A stretch of DNA of 64,000 bases from an uncultured delta proteobacterium (GCA_963745025.1 CAVUWD010000007.1:64001-128000); one strand, 5' to 3'; counted from the first letter of the stretch, positions 1-10,608 are shown. Numbers and translations: made by a program. The notes: a model not told the origin generated them from the sequence alone.

Positions 1-420
1 GCAGACGCCGACCGGCTCCTTCAGAATCTTCGTCTTGCCGCGCTGCTCCTCGAACTCGAAGCCCTGGAGCACCTGTAGCGTTTGCACGATGTGCGCCATC
101 CCGACGGGAGCCTGCGCGGCTTTGGCGAGCCACTTGGGCGCGCCCATCTCGAGCGAGACGGTCTCGGCGAGCTCGCCGAGGCGCTCCTGGTAGCACGCCT
201 GGATCTTCTGGATCAGCGCGATCCGCTCCTGCTTCGTGGTTTGCGACCACTTCGGGAACGCCTTGCGCGCCGCGGCGACGGCGCGGTCCACGTCCTCGGC
301 GCTGCCCAGGCTCACGCGACCGATCACCTCTTCGGTGGCCGGGTTGATGACGTCGATCGTCTTCTTCCCGAGCGGCTCCACCCAGCGCCCGTCGATGTAA
401 AACTTGAGTTGCTCTTTCAT
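1..420 (-). CDS. Aldehyde dehydrogenase family protein, N-terminal part (runs off window edge)
   Basis: Manual translation from ATG at 420 (GGAGG RBS upstream): MKEQLKFYIDGRWVEP..IDVINPATEEVIGRV..DVDRAVAAARKAF..W..ER..ELAETVSLEMG..KEPVGVC, a typical ALDH N-terminus; not in ORF track. Confidence 0.9.
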   Translation of the reverse strand, partial: MKEQLKFYIDGRWVEPLGKKTIDVINPATEEVIGRVSLGSAEDVDRAVAAARKAFPKWSQTTKQERIALIQKIQACYQERLGELAETVSLEMGAPKWLAKAAQAPVGMAHIVQTLQVLQGFEFEEQRGKTKILKEPVGVC

Positions 421-799
421 CTCGACCTCCTTCGAATCGTAACGGCTTCGAGCAGACGGAATCCCATGATCTTCTCTCGGCGAGCCAACGGAAGCAAGCG
501 TCACGCTCCGTACCGCGAGGAGGTCAGCCTGGGCGTGCTCCTCGGCTGCAACTCAAAGGGCACCGGTCTCTCCACCGAGCGGAAGTGCCTCGGTGCCCAC
601 GGTCCGGTTTCTATGTCGCGAATTTGGCGATGAGGCTTGGTCGCCGGTACACGATTGTCAAGAAACGTGAATCGGGAGCGGCTGCCGACAGCTCTGAATC
701 GGCCGTGAGGACACGTAAGGTCCTGAAAATCACTTAGTTTTGAATACCTACGAACCTCACCTACGTGTGCGGCATATCGCTTGCTGTATCGATGTCGGC

Positions 800-3187
800 A
801 TGGCAACTCTCAGCAATGCCGAGAAACGGCTACTTCAATTCCTCGTCAAGCATGGCACGGCCGATCCGGGCGAAGATGCAGCTCGTCGAGCTATCGGCCG
901 CGTCCGAGGGTCGCTCGGTCATCGACGTTCTGAAGTACTTGGACGTGGTGAGCGAGGAGCAAGTCGCTTCGCGAGCTCGCCAGAGCGCTGCGGATTCCGG
1001 TCGTGGACTTGCCCGGCGTGGTCTTCGACGACGCGGCCATCCAGCTCGTCGACCAAAAGGTCGCGGTCAAAGTTGAGCGTCGTCCCGTTGAGGGTGGAGG
1101 GCAACCACCTCCTGCTCGCCATGGCCAATCCGCTCGACCACGAGGGCATCCGGGAGCTCGAATTCGCCACCGGCCGACGCATTCGCCCGACCGTGGCGAT
1201 GCGCTCGGCAGTGCTCGAAGCCATCGAAAACTGCTACAAGATGAACGGCACGATCGGCGCCCTGCTTTCGCAGATTCCTGACGAGCAGAGAGTCTCGGTG
1301 CTGGTCGACGACAAGAGGGGCGACAACGTCAGCGAGCAGGAGCTCTCTCGCGAGGCGGAGCGCGCCCCCGTCATCAAGATGGTCAACTGCATCTTCGACG
1401 CAGCGCTCAAGAACTCGGCGAGCGACATCCACGTCGAGCCGGGCCCGAACATCGTGTACGTGCGCTATCGGGTGAACGGCATCCTCGAGGAGGGACTGCA
1501 ACTCCCCAAGTGGGTGCAGAGCGCGATCGTGGCCCGCATCAAGGTCATGGCCAAGCTCGACATCACCAAGCGGCACGTACCGCAGGACGGGCGCCTCAAG
1601 ATCCGCGCCGGAGGCAGGACGGCCGACGTTCGAGTGTCGTCTCTGCCGACCAGCGACGGCGAGAAGATCGTCATGCGCGTCCTCGACCCGACGACCGCGC
1701 TGCGCAGCCTCGACTCGGTAGGCCTTCCTCGGCGCGATCTGATTACGCTGCGCGCCGCGATCCGCAAGCCCGAGGGCATGATCCTGGTGACCGGGCCGAC
1801 CGGCAGCGGCAAGACGAGCACCCTCTACGCGGTCATCCAGGAGATCTTCTCCCCGGAGATCAACATCGTCACGATCGAGAACCCGATCGAGTACGAGATG
1901 AAGGCGGTGAACCAGGTCGAGGTGAACGTGAAGCAAGGGCTCACCTTCGCCGACGTCCTGCGGTCGACGCTGCGCCAGGATCCCGACGTGATCCTGGTCG
2001 GCGAGATCCGCGACCGAGAGACCGCCGAGATCGCCTTCCACGCCGCCCAGACGGGGCACTTGGTGCTGTCAACGCTCCATACCCTCGACACTAGCTCCAC
2101 CGTCACGCGGCTGTTGGAGCTGGGCATAGAGCACCACGTCCTCGCTTCCTCGCTGATCGCGGTCGTCGCCCAGCGGCTGGTGCGAACGGTCTGCGAGCGT
2201 TGTTCCGAGCCTGCCGTCGTCGACGAAGCGACGGCAAAGGCGCTCGGTCTGAAGGGGCGTTCTGTCCGAAAGGGCCAAGGCTGCCCCGCCTGCCGGCGGA
2301 CCGGGTTTTCCGGGCGGACCGGAGTCTACGAGGTGATGGAGGTCACCAAGAAGGTCCGGCAGACGATCGAGAGCAGGGCGCCGGATAGCGTTCTAAGGCG
2401 GGTGTCGCGAGCCGAGGGCATGACGACGCTGATCGAGGACGCACTGTCGAAAATCGAGGCCGGCCGCACGACCCCGGAAGAGGTGCTCGGCTCGGTGCAG
2501 GTCGAGTCGCAGGGGCCGACGTGCCCGCAGTGCTCGAATCCGATCGAGGAGCGGTTCGCGGTCTGCCCGTTCTGTCGCCATCAGCTGGTGCGCAGCTGCG
2601 CCACGTGCTCCGAGCCGCTCAAGCCCGAGTGGAACAGTTGCCCCTCTTGCGGGGCCGTGCCGAAGGTCGAGGAACCGACGGAGGCACCTCGACCCGCGAA
2701 GAGCGGCGCCGCGACCGGCACGGAATCGACCTCCACCGCCAAGGCGCGTTCGGCCGATCCCGGCGAGATCACCCGGCCGCGGATCCTGGTGGTCGACGAC
2801 AACGAAGACCTCCGATTGTTCATCAGAAAGGGGCTCGAGCGCGTGGACCGTTCGCTGCTGTTCGACGAGGCAGCGAACGGGTTGGAGGCACTGCATAGGA
2901 TCGAGGAGTCGCCGCCGCATCTGATCCTGCTCGACCTGACGATGCCGGGAATGGACGGACTCGAGGTCTGCAAACGACTGCGCGCCGATCTGCAAACGGC
3001 CTTCCTGCCGATCATCATGTTGACCGCGCGGGATGATGCCAACAGCAAGAAGGGCGGATTCTTTGCGGGCACCGACGACTACGTGGTCAAGCCGTTCGAC
3101 GCCGAAGAGCTGGCGGCACGAGTGCGCCGTCTGCTCGAGCGCACGTACGGATTGAGCCGCCCCCGAGCGCGATCGGCCGCGGCGTAG
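800..3187 (+). CDS. PilB/GspE-family secretion ATPase with C-terminal double zinc ribbon and response-regulator receiver domain (N-terminal ~860-1080 scrambled by frameshifts)
   Basis: ASDIHVEP, VPQDGR, Walker A GPTGSGKT, LRQDPDVILVGEIRD, GHLVLSTLH, CxxC..CxxC; then CPQC/CPFC/CATC/CPSC; then ILVVDDN..LILLDLTMPGMDG..DDYVVKPF. Confidence 0.9.
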   Translation: MATLSNAEKRLLQFLVKHGTADPGEDAARRAIGRVRGSLGHRRSEVLGRGERGASRFASSPERCGFRSWTCPAWSSTTRPSSSSTKRSRSKLSVVPLRVEGNHLLLAMANPLDHEGIRELEFATGRRIRPTVAMRSAVLEAIENCYKMNGTIGALLSQIPDEQRVSVLVDDKRGDNVSEQELSREAERAPVIKMVNCIFDAALKNSASDIHVEPGPNIVYVRYRVNGILEEGLQLPKWVQSAIVARIKVMAKLDITKRHVPQDGRLKIRAGGRTADVRVSSLPTSDGEKIVMRVLDPTTALRSLDSVGLPRRDLITLRAAIRKPEGMILVTGPTGSGKTSTLYAVIQEIFSPEINIVTIENPIEYEMKAVNQVEVNVKQGLTFADVLRSTLRQDPDVILVGEIRDRETAEIAFHAAQTGHLVLSTLHTLDTSSTVTRLLELGIEHHVLASSLIAVVAQRLVRTVCERCSEPAVVDEATAKALGLKGRSVRKGQGCPACRRTGFSGRTGVYEVMEVTKKVRQTIESRAPDSVLRRVSRAEGMTTLIEDALSKIEAGRTTPEEVLGSVQVESQGPTCPQCSNPIEERFAVCPFCRHQLVRSCATCSEPLKPEWNSCPSCGAVPKVEEPTEAPRPAKSGAATGTESTSTAKARSADPGEITRPRILVVDDNEDLRLFIRKGLERVDRSLLFDEAANGLEALHRIEESPPHLILLDLTMPGMDGLEVCKRLRADLQTAFLPIIMLTARDDANSKKGGFFAGTDDYVVKPFDAEELAARVRRLLERTYGLSRPRARSAAA

Positions 3188-3303
3188 CGAGGCCAAGAGT
3201 CTCCGACAAATCTTTGCTCCAACGCGCTCGCCATGATTGATATGCCGTCCCCCCTGTTGCTGCCAAGCCCCCAGGGGCCGGTGCGGCCCAAGCCTGATCG
3301 CGC

Positions 3304-4791
3304 TCATTTCACCATCGCGACAGCAGCAACTTGCCCACCCCGCAGTTTCGTCGCACGCGCGGCCACGCCACGGAGCATGCCGGCAAATACTCGGGCGTGC
3401 AGCGGGTAGACGGCATACCAGTACAACAGGCCGAGCAAGCCGACGGGATCGAATACCGCGGTCTGACGGATCGTCGTACCGTTCGTGTCCGGCTCGACCT
3501 CGAACTCCAGCCAGGCGCGGCCAGGGAGCTTCATTTCCGCAATCAGACGTAGCTGGCGGTGCCGGTCGTAGGATTCCACGCGCCAGAAGTCGACGGTGTC
3601 CCCTACAACCAGCTCCTGGGGATGGCGGCGGCCGCGCCGCATGCCCACACCCCCGAAAAGAAGATCAATGAAACCGCGCAACCGCCACAGCCAGTTGCCG
3701 TAGAACCAACCCGTTGCACCGCCGATACCTTCGATGGCCGCGAATGCCGCGGCCGGCGACACCGGCACGCGAACGGCACGCGAATCAACCAAGCGCGTAC
3801 CGAAGCGCATGCCGCCCCAGGACGGCGGCAGGCCGGCCGAGGAGATGGCGTCCGACCAACGGGTGGCTGCGTACTCCTGATCTTCATTCAGGATGGCCCG
3901 CTGGATTGCCTGGCGCAGCCCCATCGGCTGGATCGGGAAGACCCGCAAGGCGCGGTCGTCCTGCACCGTGGTTTCGTTCTCCACGCTCTCGATCAGCTTG
4001 CGCCCGACACGGGCGTACACCGGTGTGGTGAGCCCCAACCACAGGCTCGACAACCGTGGCGTCAAGAACGGCACGGGAATCATCAACCGCCGCAACCCGC
4101 GTTGCCGCGCGTACTCGTTCATGATGTCGGCATACGACACGCGATCGGCGCCGCCGATTTCGAAGATCCCTTCCTGTCCGCGCGGCAACTCTATGGCCGC
4201 GAGCAGATAGGCCAGCACGTCCTCGACGGCGATCGGTTGCGCGGGCGTGCGCACCCAACGCGGGCAGAGCATCACCGGCAAGCGCTCCACCAGGGCGCGG
4301 ATGAGCTCGAAGGACAAGCTGCCCGACCCCAGGATGATCGACGCGCGCAGCTCGATCACCGGCACCCCGCTGGCCCGCAGCGCCTCACCCGTTTCGTGCC
4401 GGCTGCGCAAGTGCGGCGACAGCCGCTCACCCGAGTCGCCAAGCCCGCCGAGATAGATGATGCGCTGCACACCGGCGGCGCGGGCCGCCGTACCGAAATT
4501 GGCCGCTGCCGTCCGGTCCTGCGCGGTGAAGTCCCCGGCCGAGCCCATCGAGTGCACCAAGTAGTACGCCGTGTGCGCGCCGGCGCAGGCCGCCGGCAGT
4601 GAGGCGGCATCGAGACAGTCGCCTTTGACAATCTCGGTCTCGGCGCTGACGCGCGGCGCCAAGAAGTCAGGCCGCCGTACGATGCAGCGCACCGCATAGC
4701 CGGCGCCCTGCAACGCCTTCAACAACCGTCCGCCCACGTAGCCGGTGGCACCGGTCAGCAAGATCAGCGGTTTTGTAGAGGGGATGGTCAT
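3304..4791 (-). CDS. Atypical SDR (NAD(P)-binding) with C-terminal DUF2867/SRPBCC-like domain, YbjT-like
   Basis: ILLTGATGYVG, YYLVHSM, HLRSRHETG; C-terminal GGxxGWFYGNWLWRLRG..GDTVDFWRV..AEMKLPGRAWLEF. Confidence 0.85.
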   Translation of the reverse strand: MTIPSTKPLILLTGATGYVGGRLLKALQGAGYAVRCIVRRPDFLAPRVSAETEIVKGDCLDAASLPAACAGAHTAYYLVHSMGSAGDFTAQDRTAAANFGTAARAAGVQRIIYLGGLGDSGERLSPHLRSRHETGEALRASGVPVIELRASIILGSGSLSFELIRALVERLPVMLCPRWVRTPAQPIAVEDVLAYLLAAIELPRGQEGIFEIGGADRVSYADIMNEYARQRGLRRLMIPVPFLTPRLSSLWLGLTTPVYARVGRKLIESVENETTVQDDRALRVFPIQPMGLRQAIQRAILNEDQEYAATRWSDAISSAGLPPSWGGMRFGTRLVDSRAVRVPVSPAAAFAAIEGIGGATGWFYGNWLWRLRGFIDLLFGGVGMRRGRRHPQELVVGDTVDFWRVESYDRHRQLRLIAEMKLPGRAWLEFEVEPDTNGTTIRQTAVFDPVGLLGLLYWYAVYPLHARVFAGMLRGVAARATKLRGGQVAAVAMVK

Positions 4792-4863
4792 TGCTGCAAA
4801 CACGATTCGGCGCCGTGGACCGCGTTTCTGCCGCCCGACGTTGAAGTCAATCGCAGCGCTCTC

Positions 4864-5370
4864 CTACGCTGCCGCGCGCTCGAGCAGCGCCCGCGGCGGG
4901 AGCTGAAGATCCCAGACGACCCCCGCACAGGAGAGCGCCCTCAGGATCAGCCAGGTGACATCGAGTTTCCACCAGAAGAAGCCCTGCCGCGCCGAGCCGG
5001 GGTGGCGATGATGGTTGTTGTGCCAGCCCTCGCCGAAGGTGAGCAGCGCGATGCACCAGTTGTTGCGGCTGTCCGCTTCCGCTGTACTCCACGGCACAGC
5101 GGTCGCAGCGCATGCTGAACGACATCTCGCTTGGCTGCGTGGCGACGCCGAGATCGGCGAGCATCCCCGAGAAGCGGGGATAGGTGCGATCGTTGTAGAC
5201 GATGAACCTGGTGTCGAGGCCGAGTTCGCGCCCCTCCTCGGCGATCGTCGCCGTGTGGCTGTGGCCGCCCGCGTAGTCGTTCTTTTCGAACACCGTAACG
5301 TCGCGATGCGGGCGAGATGCCACGCTGCGGGGAGGCCGGAGATTCCTGTGCCGACGACTGCGATCTTCAT
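4864..5370 (-). pseudogene. Chimeric remnant: FAD amine-oxidase-like N-terminus joined to fatty-acid desaturase C-terminus
   Basis: [34 protein letters not shown]..[15 protein letters not shown]; after ~5080 [30 protein letters not shown] (desaturase His box 3). Confidence 0.8.
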
Positions 5371-5574
5371 TTGCCCGCATTCTTCGCGCCTGGGGCGACG
5401 GCGCTCATGAGCTCGTCGTCGAGCGCCGGAGGCTGTGGTCGTCGCGAGGTCATGCTGGAAAATCCGCCGGCGGGGTTTTACCGTATAGCTGACCGGAGGT
5501 GAATCGGGTGCAGCATGTAGCCGTCCAGGGCACCGTCTCGACAACGCCATAGTCTAGAGTTTCTTCACACACTG

Positions 5575-8109
5575 ATGACCGAGCCAGCCGGGATAGACTC
5601 CGGGCTCACCAGCAAAGAGGTGGGCGCGCGATTGGCGGCCGATGGCTTCAACGAGCTGCCGGCCAGCCAGCGCAGTGGCGTGCTCGCAAGCCTGGCGGAC
5701 ATCGTACGCGAGCCGATGTTCCTGCTGCTGCTCGCTTGCGGCATCGTCTACGTATTCCTCGGCGACCTGCAGGAGGCCCTGATCCTGCTGAGCTTCGTCT
5801 TCCTGGTGGCTGGCATCACCCTCTATCAGGAACGCAAGACGGAGCGTGCGCTGGCTGCGTTGCGCGACCTCACCAGCCCGCGGGCGCTGGTCGTGCGGGA
5901 CGGCGGCCGGCAACGCATCCCTGGCCGCGAGGTGGTTAGAGGCGATGTGCTGGTACTGTCGGAGGGCGATCGCGTCGCCGCCGATGCGGCGGTGGTGTCA
6001 TGCTTCAATCTGTCGACCGACGAATCACTTCTAACCGGCGAATCGGTGCCCGTTCACAAGACCACCTGGGACGGAACCAGTTCCATCATCCAGCCAGGTG
6101 GCGACGGACAGCCGTTCGTCTTCGCCGGCACACTGGTCACACGGGGGCACGGCATCGCCGTGGTGCAACGCGTCGGAGCGCACACCGAGATCGGCAGGAT
6201 CGGCAAGGCGCTGCAGACAGTTGCACCGGAACGCAGTGCCTTGCAGCGCGAGACGGCCCGACTGGTGCGCTGGCTCGCAGCCATCGGCGTCGCCCTGTGC
6301 GTGCTGGTGGTGCTTGCCTACGGCTTGACCCGAGCCGACTGGCTGAACGGCTTCCTCGCCGGACTGACCCTCGCCATGGCGATCATGCCGAACGAGTTCC
6401 CCGCGGTGCTGACCGTGTTCCTGGCCCTCGGGGCGTGGCGCATCTCGCAGCAGCGCGTGCTCACGCGGCGCGTGGCAGCGCTGGGGACGCTGGGCTCGAC
6501 CACCGTGTTGTGCGTCGACAAGACCGGCACCCTCACCCTCAACCAGATGGCGGTTCGCAAGCTGTTCACCGAGAAGGCCGACTACGATGTGCCGTCGGAC
6601 CCGGCCGCGCCGCTTCCCGAGGAGGTTCACGAGCTGGTCGAATTCGGCATCCTCGCAAGCCAGCGTGACCCGTTCGATCCGATGGAGAAGGCATTCCAGG
6701 CTCTCGGCCAGCGTCGACTCGCCGGCACCGAGCATCTCCATCCCAACTGGAAGCTGGTCCGCCAGTACGCGCTTTCGGAACAGCTTCTGGCTCTGTCACA
6801 CGTCTGGCGCTCGCCCGATGGGCGCGAGTATGTGATCGCCGCCAAAGGGGCTCCCGAGGCGATCGCCGACCTCTGCCACCTGAGCGCGGGGCAGCAAGCA
6901 AAGTTGCTGGCCCAGGTAGAGAACATGGGTGCCGACGGCCTGCGTGTGCTCGGTGTGGCTCGCGCATGGTTTGCGCCAGACGCACTGCCGACGGAACAGC
7001 ACGATTTCGCCTTCGAGCTACTGGGCCTCGTCGGGCTCGCCGACCCGGTGCGCGACAACGTGCCGAACTCGATCCAAGAATGCTACGCGGCCGGTATCCG
7101 CGTGGCGATGATCACCGGCGACCATCCGCACACCGCCCAGAGCATCGCCCGCCAGATCGGGCTGCGGTCGCCGGAGAATGCATTGACGGGCGCCGATCTC
7201 AACCAGCTCAGCGATGCGCAACTCAGGCAGCAGGTACGGACCGCGAACATCTTCGCCCGCGTCGCCCCGGAGCAGAAGCTGCGCCTGGTACAGGCGCTGC
7301 AGGCCAACGGTGAGGTCGTCGCCATGACTGGCGACGGGGTGAACGACGCGCCGGCCCTCAAGGCAGCCGACATCGGAATCGCCATGGGCGGTCGTGGCAC
7401 GGACGTCGCGCGTGAGGCATCGGCGCTCGTGGTGTCGGACGACGACTTCTCCTCGATCGTCCAGGCGATCCGTTCCGGGCGCCGTGTCTTCGAGAATCTC
7501 AAGAACGCCATGGCCTACATCCTGGCGATTCATCTGCCGATCGCAGGGATGTCGCTCATTCCGGTCGTGCTCCGGCTGCCAATGGTGCTGCTGCCGGTGC
7601 ACATCGCCTTCCTGCATCTGATCATCGAGCCGGCCTGCTCAGTGGTCTTCGAAGCCGAGCCAGAGCATCGCACGATCATGCGCCGCCCGCCGCGCAATCC
7701 AAAAGACCCACTCTTCGGAGCCCGCCTGCTTGGCTTGAGCGCCCTCCAGGGAGCCAGCGTGCTGCTCATCGTCCTCGGCGTGTTCGTGATCGCGCTGTCT
7801 CGCGGACTGGTCGAAGACGATGCGCGCGCCTTGACCTTCACGACGCTGATCGTCGCCAACTTCGGGTTGATCTTCAGCAATCGATCCTGGGATCAAACCA
7901 TTCTGGAAACGCTGCACGTACCCAATCGCGCTCTCTGGTGGGTCGTCGCCGGAGGCCTCGCCCTGCTCGCCATAGTGCTCTACACGCCGGCCGTTCGCGA
8001 TCTGTTTCGCATGGCCCAGCAACACCCCAGCGACGTTGCGATCGCGGTGGTCGCCGGGTTCTCCAGTATCGTCTGGTTCGAAGCAATCAAAGTGCTGAGC
8101 CGTCTATAG
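5575..8109 (+). CDS. Cation-transporting P-type ATPase (type II-like)
   Basis: DESLLTGES, DKTGTLT, KGAPE, MITGD, AMTGDGVNDAPALK; multiple TM helices. Confidence 0.95.
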   Translation: MTEPAGIDSGLTSKEVGARLAADGFNELPASQRSGVLASLADIVREPMFLLLLACGIVYVFLGDLQEALILLSFVFLVAGITLYQERKTERALAALRDLTSPRALVVRDGGRQRIPGREVVRGDVLVLSEGDRVAADAAVVSCFNLSTDESLLTGESVPVHKTTWDGTSSIIQPGGDGQPFVFAGTLVTRGHGIAVVQRVGAHTEIGRIGKALQTVAPERSALQRETARLVRWLAAIGVALCVLVVLAYGLTRADWLNGFLAGLTLAMAIMPNEFPAVLTVFLALGAWRISQQRVLTRRVAALGTLGSTTVLCVDKTGTLTLNQMAVRKLFTEKADYDVPSDPAAPLPEEVHELVEFGILASQRDPFDPMEKAFQALGQRRLAGTEHLHPNWKLVRQYALSEQLLALSHVWRSPDGREYVIAAKGAPEAIADLCHLSAGQQAKLLAQVENMGADGLRVLGVARAWFAPDALPTEQHDFAFELLGLVGLADPVRDNVPNSIQECYAAGIRVAMITGDHPHTAQSIARQIGLRSPENALTGADLNQLSDAQLRQQVRTANIFARVAPEQKLRLVQALQANGEVVAMTGDGVNDAPALKAADIGIAMGGRGTDVAREASALVVSDDDFSSIVQAIRSGRRVFENLKNAMAYILAIHLPIAGMSLIPVVLRLPMVLLPVHIAFLHLIIEPACSVVFEAEPEHRTIMRRPPRNPKDPLFGARLLGLSALQGASVLLIVLGVFVIALSRGLVEDDARALTFTTLIVANFGLIFSNRSWDQTILETLHVPNRALWWVVAGGLALLAIVLYTPAVRDLFRMAQQHPSDVAIAVVAGFSSIVWFEAIKVLSRL

Positions 8110-8257
8110 GCCGTCTATGGGCCCGGACGGCGAAGCCGCAGCGAGGAACGGGAGCCCGCAGTCGCCCGGCTCGTGGGGCCTTATGACGGGTCGCGAATGC
8201 GCGGCATCTTAACGCGGCTTGACGGGAGAAGCTGTGACGCGCGATTGGAGGGAAGCC

Positions 8258-9046
8258 ATGGAAGCCGAGCCCAGCGAGGCGGTCACCGCCGGCAGCGCGC
8301 AACCGTCGCGGCCATCCGCACGGCGGTCGCGCCTGCAGCATCGTTTGTACGTGGCCGCCGGAGTGATCTTCGGCTACCTCCTCATGGCCTATGTCGTGGC
8401 TCCGCTCTTCTGGCGGACCGCGATCGAGGACGACCCCAGGCTAGGCGGCGGGCCGCGCGTCACGCATACCGCAAGCGGCATTCCCGGCGACCCGGTCAAC
8501 ATCGCCCTGGTGGGTTCGGAATCGGATGTCATCCAGGTGATGACCAAGGCGGGCTGGTTCCCGGCGAGCCCAATCACCTTCGACAGCAGTGTCCGCATCA
8601 CGGCCGACTCGGCGCTCGGCCGGCCGGACGACGAGGCGCCGGTCAGCAACCTCTACCTCTTCGGGCGCAAGGAGGATCTGGCCTTCGAACAGCCGGTCGG
8701 CGACAGTCCGCGCCAGCGGCATCACGTGCGGTTCTGGCGCTGGGATGAGCTGGAGGACAACCGCCCGGTGTGGTTTGGTGCGGCGACGTTCGACGAGCGC
8801 GTCGGTCTCAGCTACACAACGGGGCAGGTGACGCACCACATCGGTCCGGACGTGGACGCCGAGCGGGACCGCATCGTCGCCGAACTCAGAAAGGCGGGCG
8901 AGGTGCAGGAGGTGATCTGGAAGGACCACTTTCACAAGGAACTGCGAGGTCGAAACGGCGGCGGCGACCCATGGCATACGGACGGCCGTCTCGCTGAAAT
9001 CGTCCTCGTCGCGAACCCGCCGGCCATTCCGACGAACCCTCCGTGA
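8258..9046 (+). CDS. LssY C-terminal domain protein
   Basis: GIPGDPVNIALVG, APVSNLYLFGRKEDLAFEQ..SPRQRHHVRFW, TFD..VG..TGQVTHHI..DVDAERD, NGGGDPW.TDG. Confidence 0.85.
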   Translation: MEAEPSEAVTAGSAQPSRPSARRSRLQHRLYVAAGVIFGYLLMAYVVAPLFWRTAIEDDPRLGGGPRVTHTASGIPGDPVNIALVGSESDVIQVMTKAGWFPASPITFDSSVRITADSALGRPDDEAPVSNLYLFGRKEDLAFEQPVGDSPRQRHHVRFWRWDELEDNRPVWFGAATFDERVGLSYTTGQVTHHIGPDVDAERDRIVAELRKAGEVQEVIWKDHFHKELRGRNGGGDPWHTDGRLAEIVLVANPPAIPTNPP

Positions 9047-9245
9047 GAGGCGTGCCGTTCGTCTTCCGACGAGGCGTGGAGTCGATGCGGAAGAGCGTAG
9101 AAGGGTCAATCGAGAGCCGTGATCCTCCAGAACACATCTTTCTCTAAACCGCACCAGAGGCCCTTTCGTTTCACATCGCTTCGCTATTCACTGATCGAGA
9201 TGTTTTCGGATTGAGGTTGGTCTCCAGGTTGCTCCGGAAAAAGTC

Positions 9246-10559
9246 ATGACGACCCAGCAGAAGAAGATGGCGATCCTCGTAGCAGGCGGACCTGCACCCG
9301 GCATCAACAGCGTGATCAGCGCCGCGACCATCCGCGGCGAGCTCGAAGGAGTCGACGTTGTCGGTATCCGCGACGGCTTTGAGTGGCTCATGCAGGGCAA
9401 CATCGATTACGTCACCCCGCTGACCATCGAGAACGTGAGCCGCATCCACTTCCGTGGTGGGTCGTACATCGGCATCTCGCGCGCCAACCCTACGCTCAAG
9501 CCCGCTCACCTCGAGAACACGATCATCTCACTTCTGCGCTTGAACGTCTCGCAGCTCATCACGATAGGCGGCGACGACACGGCCTTCTCTGCCATGAAGC
9601 TCGAGGAGCAGTCGCAAGGGCGGATCCGCGTGGTGCATGTGCCCAAGACGATCGACAATGACCTCCTCCTGCCCGCTTATGTCGATACGTTCGGCTTCCA
9701 AACCGCACGCCACTACGGCGTCGACATCGTCAAGAACCTGATGGTCGACGCCAAGACGACTTCACGATGGTACTTCATCATCACGATGGGCCGGAAGGCC
9801 GGCCATCTGGCACTCGGCATCGGCAAAGCGGCGGGCGCCACGCTGACACTCATCCCCGAGGAGTTTGCCGGCCAGCCGCGCCGGCTGAATGCGATCGTCG
9901 ACACGCTCGTGGGCGCCATCATCAAACGCCTGAGTTACGGGCGACGTGACGGCAGCGCGATCATCGCCGAGGGTCTCTTCCTCGACCTCGACCCACAGGA
10001 TGTGACGCAGCTCGAGGGCGTCGAGCGCGACGATTACGGAAACCTTCGGGTCGCTGAAGTGACCATCGGCGAGATCCTCAAGGCCCAGGCGAACAAGCGA
10101 CTCAACGAATTTGGCATCAAGGCGACGATCGTCGCGAAAAATATCGGCTACGAGCTTCGCTGTGCCGACCCCATCCCCTACGACATGGAGTACACGCGTG
10201 ACCTCGGGTACTGCGCGGCCAAGTACCTGCTCTCCGGCGGCAATGGGGTGATGATTTCGATGCAAGGCGGACGCTTCGTCCCGGTGCCGCTCGGAAGTCT
10301 CATCGATCCAGCTACGGGGCGGACCCGGATTCGCTTGGTCGACATTCACTCGACACGCTACGCGATTGCCCGCCGCTACATGCTCCGCTTGCGCCGCGAT
10401 GACTTCGAGGATCCCCACGAGCTCGCAAGGTTTGCAGCGACGGCGCACATGTCTCTCGAGGAATTTCGGAAGCAGTTCGAGCACCTCGTGCACAGTGAGC
10501 CACCGCCCCTCGCGCTCGACCTGGGGATCGAGGAGCCGCTGGGCGAACATGGCCGGTGA
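9246..10559 (+). CDS. pfp: 6-phosphofructokinase, probably PPi-dependent
   Basis: GGPAPGIN, IGGDDT (Asp marks the PPi-type), PKTIDND, MGRKAG, GYELRC. Confidence 0.85.
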   Translation: MTTQQKKMAILVAGGPAPGINSVISAATIRGELEGVDVVGIRDGFEWLMQGNIDYVTPLTIENVSRIHFRGGSYIGISRANPTLKPAHLENTIISLLRLNVSQLITIGGDDTAFSAMKLEEQSQGRIRVVHVPKTIDNDLLLPAYVDTFGFQTARHYGVDIVKNLMVDAKTTSRWYFIITMGRKAGHLALGIGKAAGATLTLIPEEFAGQPRRLNAIVDTLVGAIIKRLSYGRRDGSAIIAEGLFLDLDPQDVTQLEGVERDDYGNLRVAEVTIGEILKAQANKRLNEFGIKATIVAKNIGYELRCADPIPYDMEYTRDLGYCAAKYLLSGGNGVMISMQGGRFVPVPLGSLIDPATGRTRIRLVDIHSTRYAIARRYMLRLRRDDFEDPHELARFAATAHMSLEEFRKQFEHLVHSEPPPLALDLGIEEPLGEHGR

Positions 10560-10608
10560 GTCGGCTCTGCCATAACTCCACCACCACATCCTCGAGGGGA
10601 GAAACCTC

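Noticed and set aside
82-633. 183-aa plus-strand ORF
   Set aside because: Antisense shadow of the aldehyde dehydrogenase gene.
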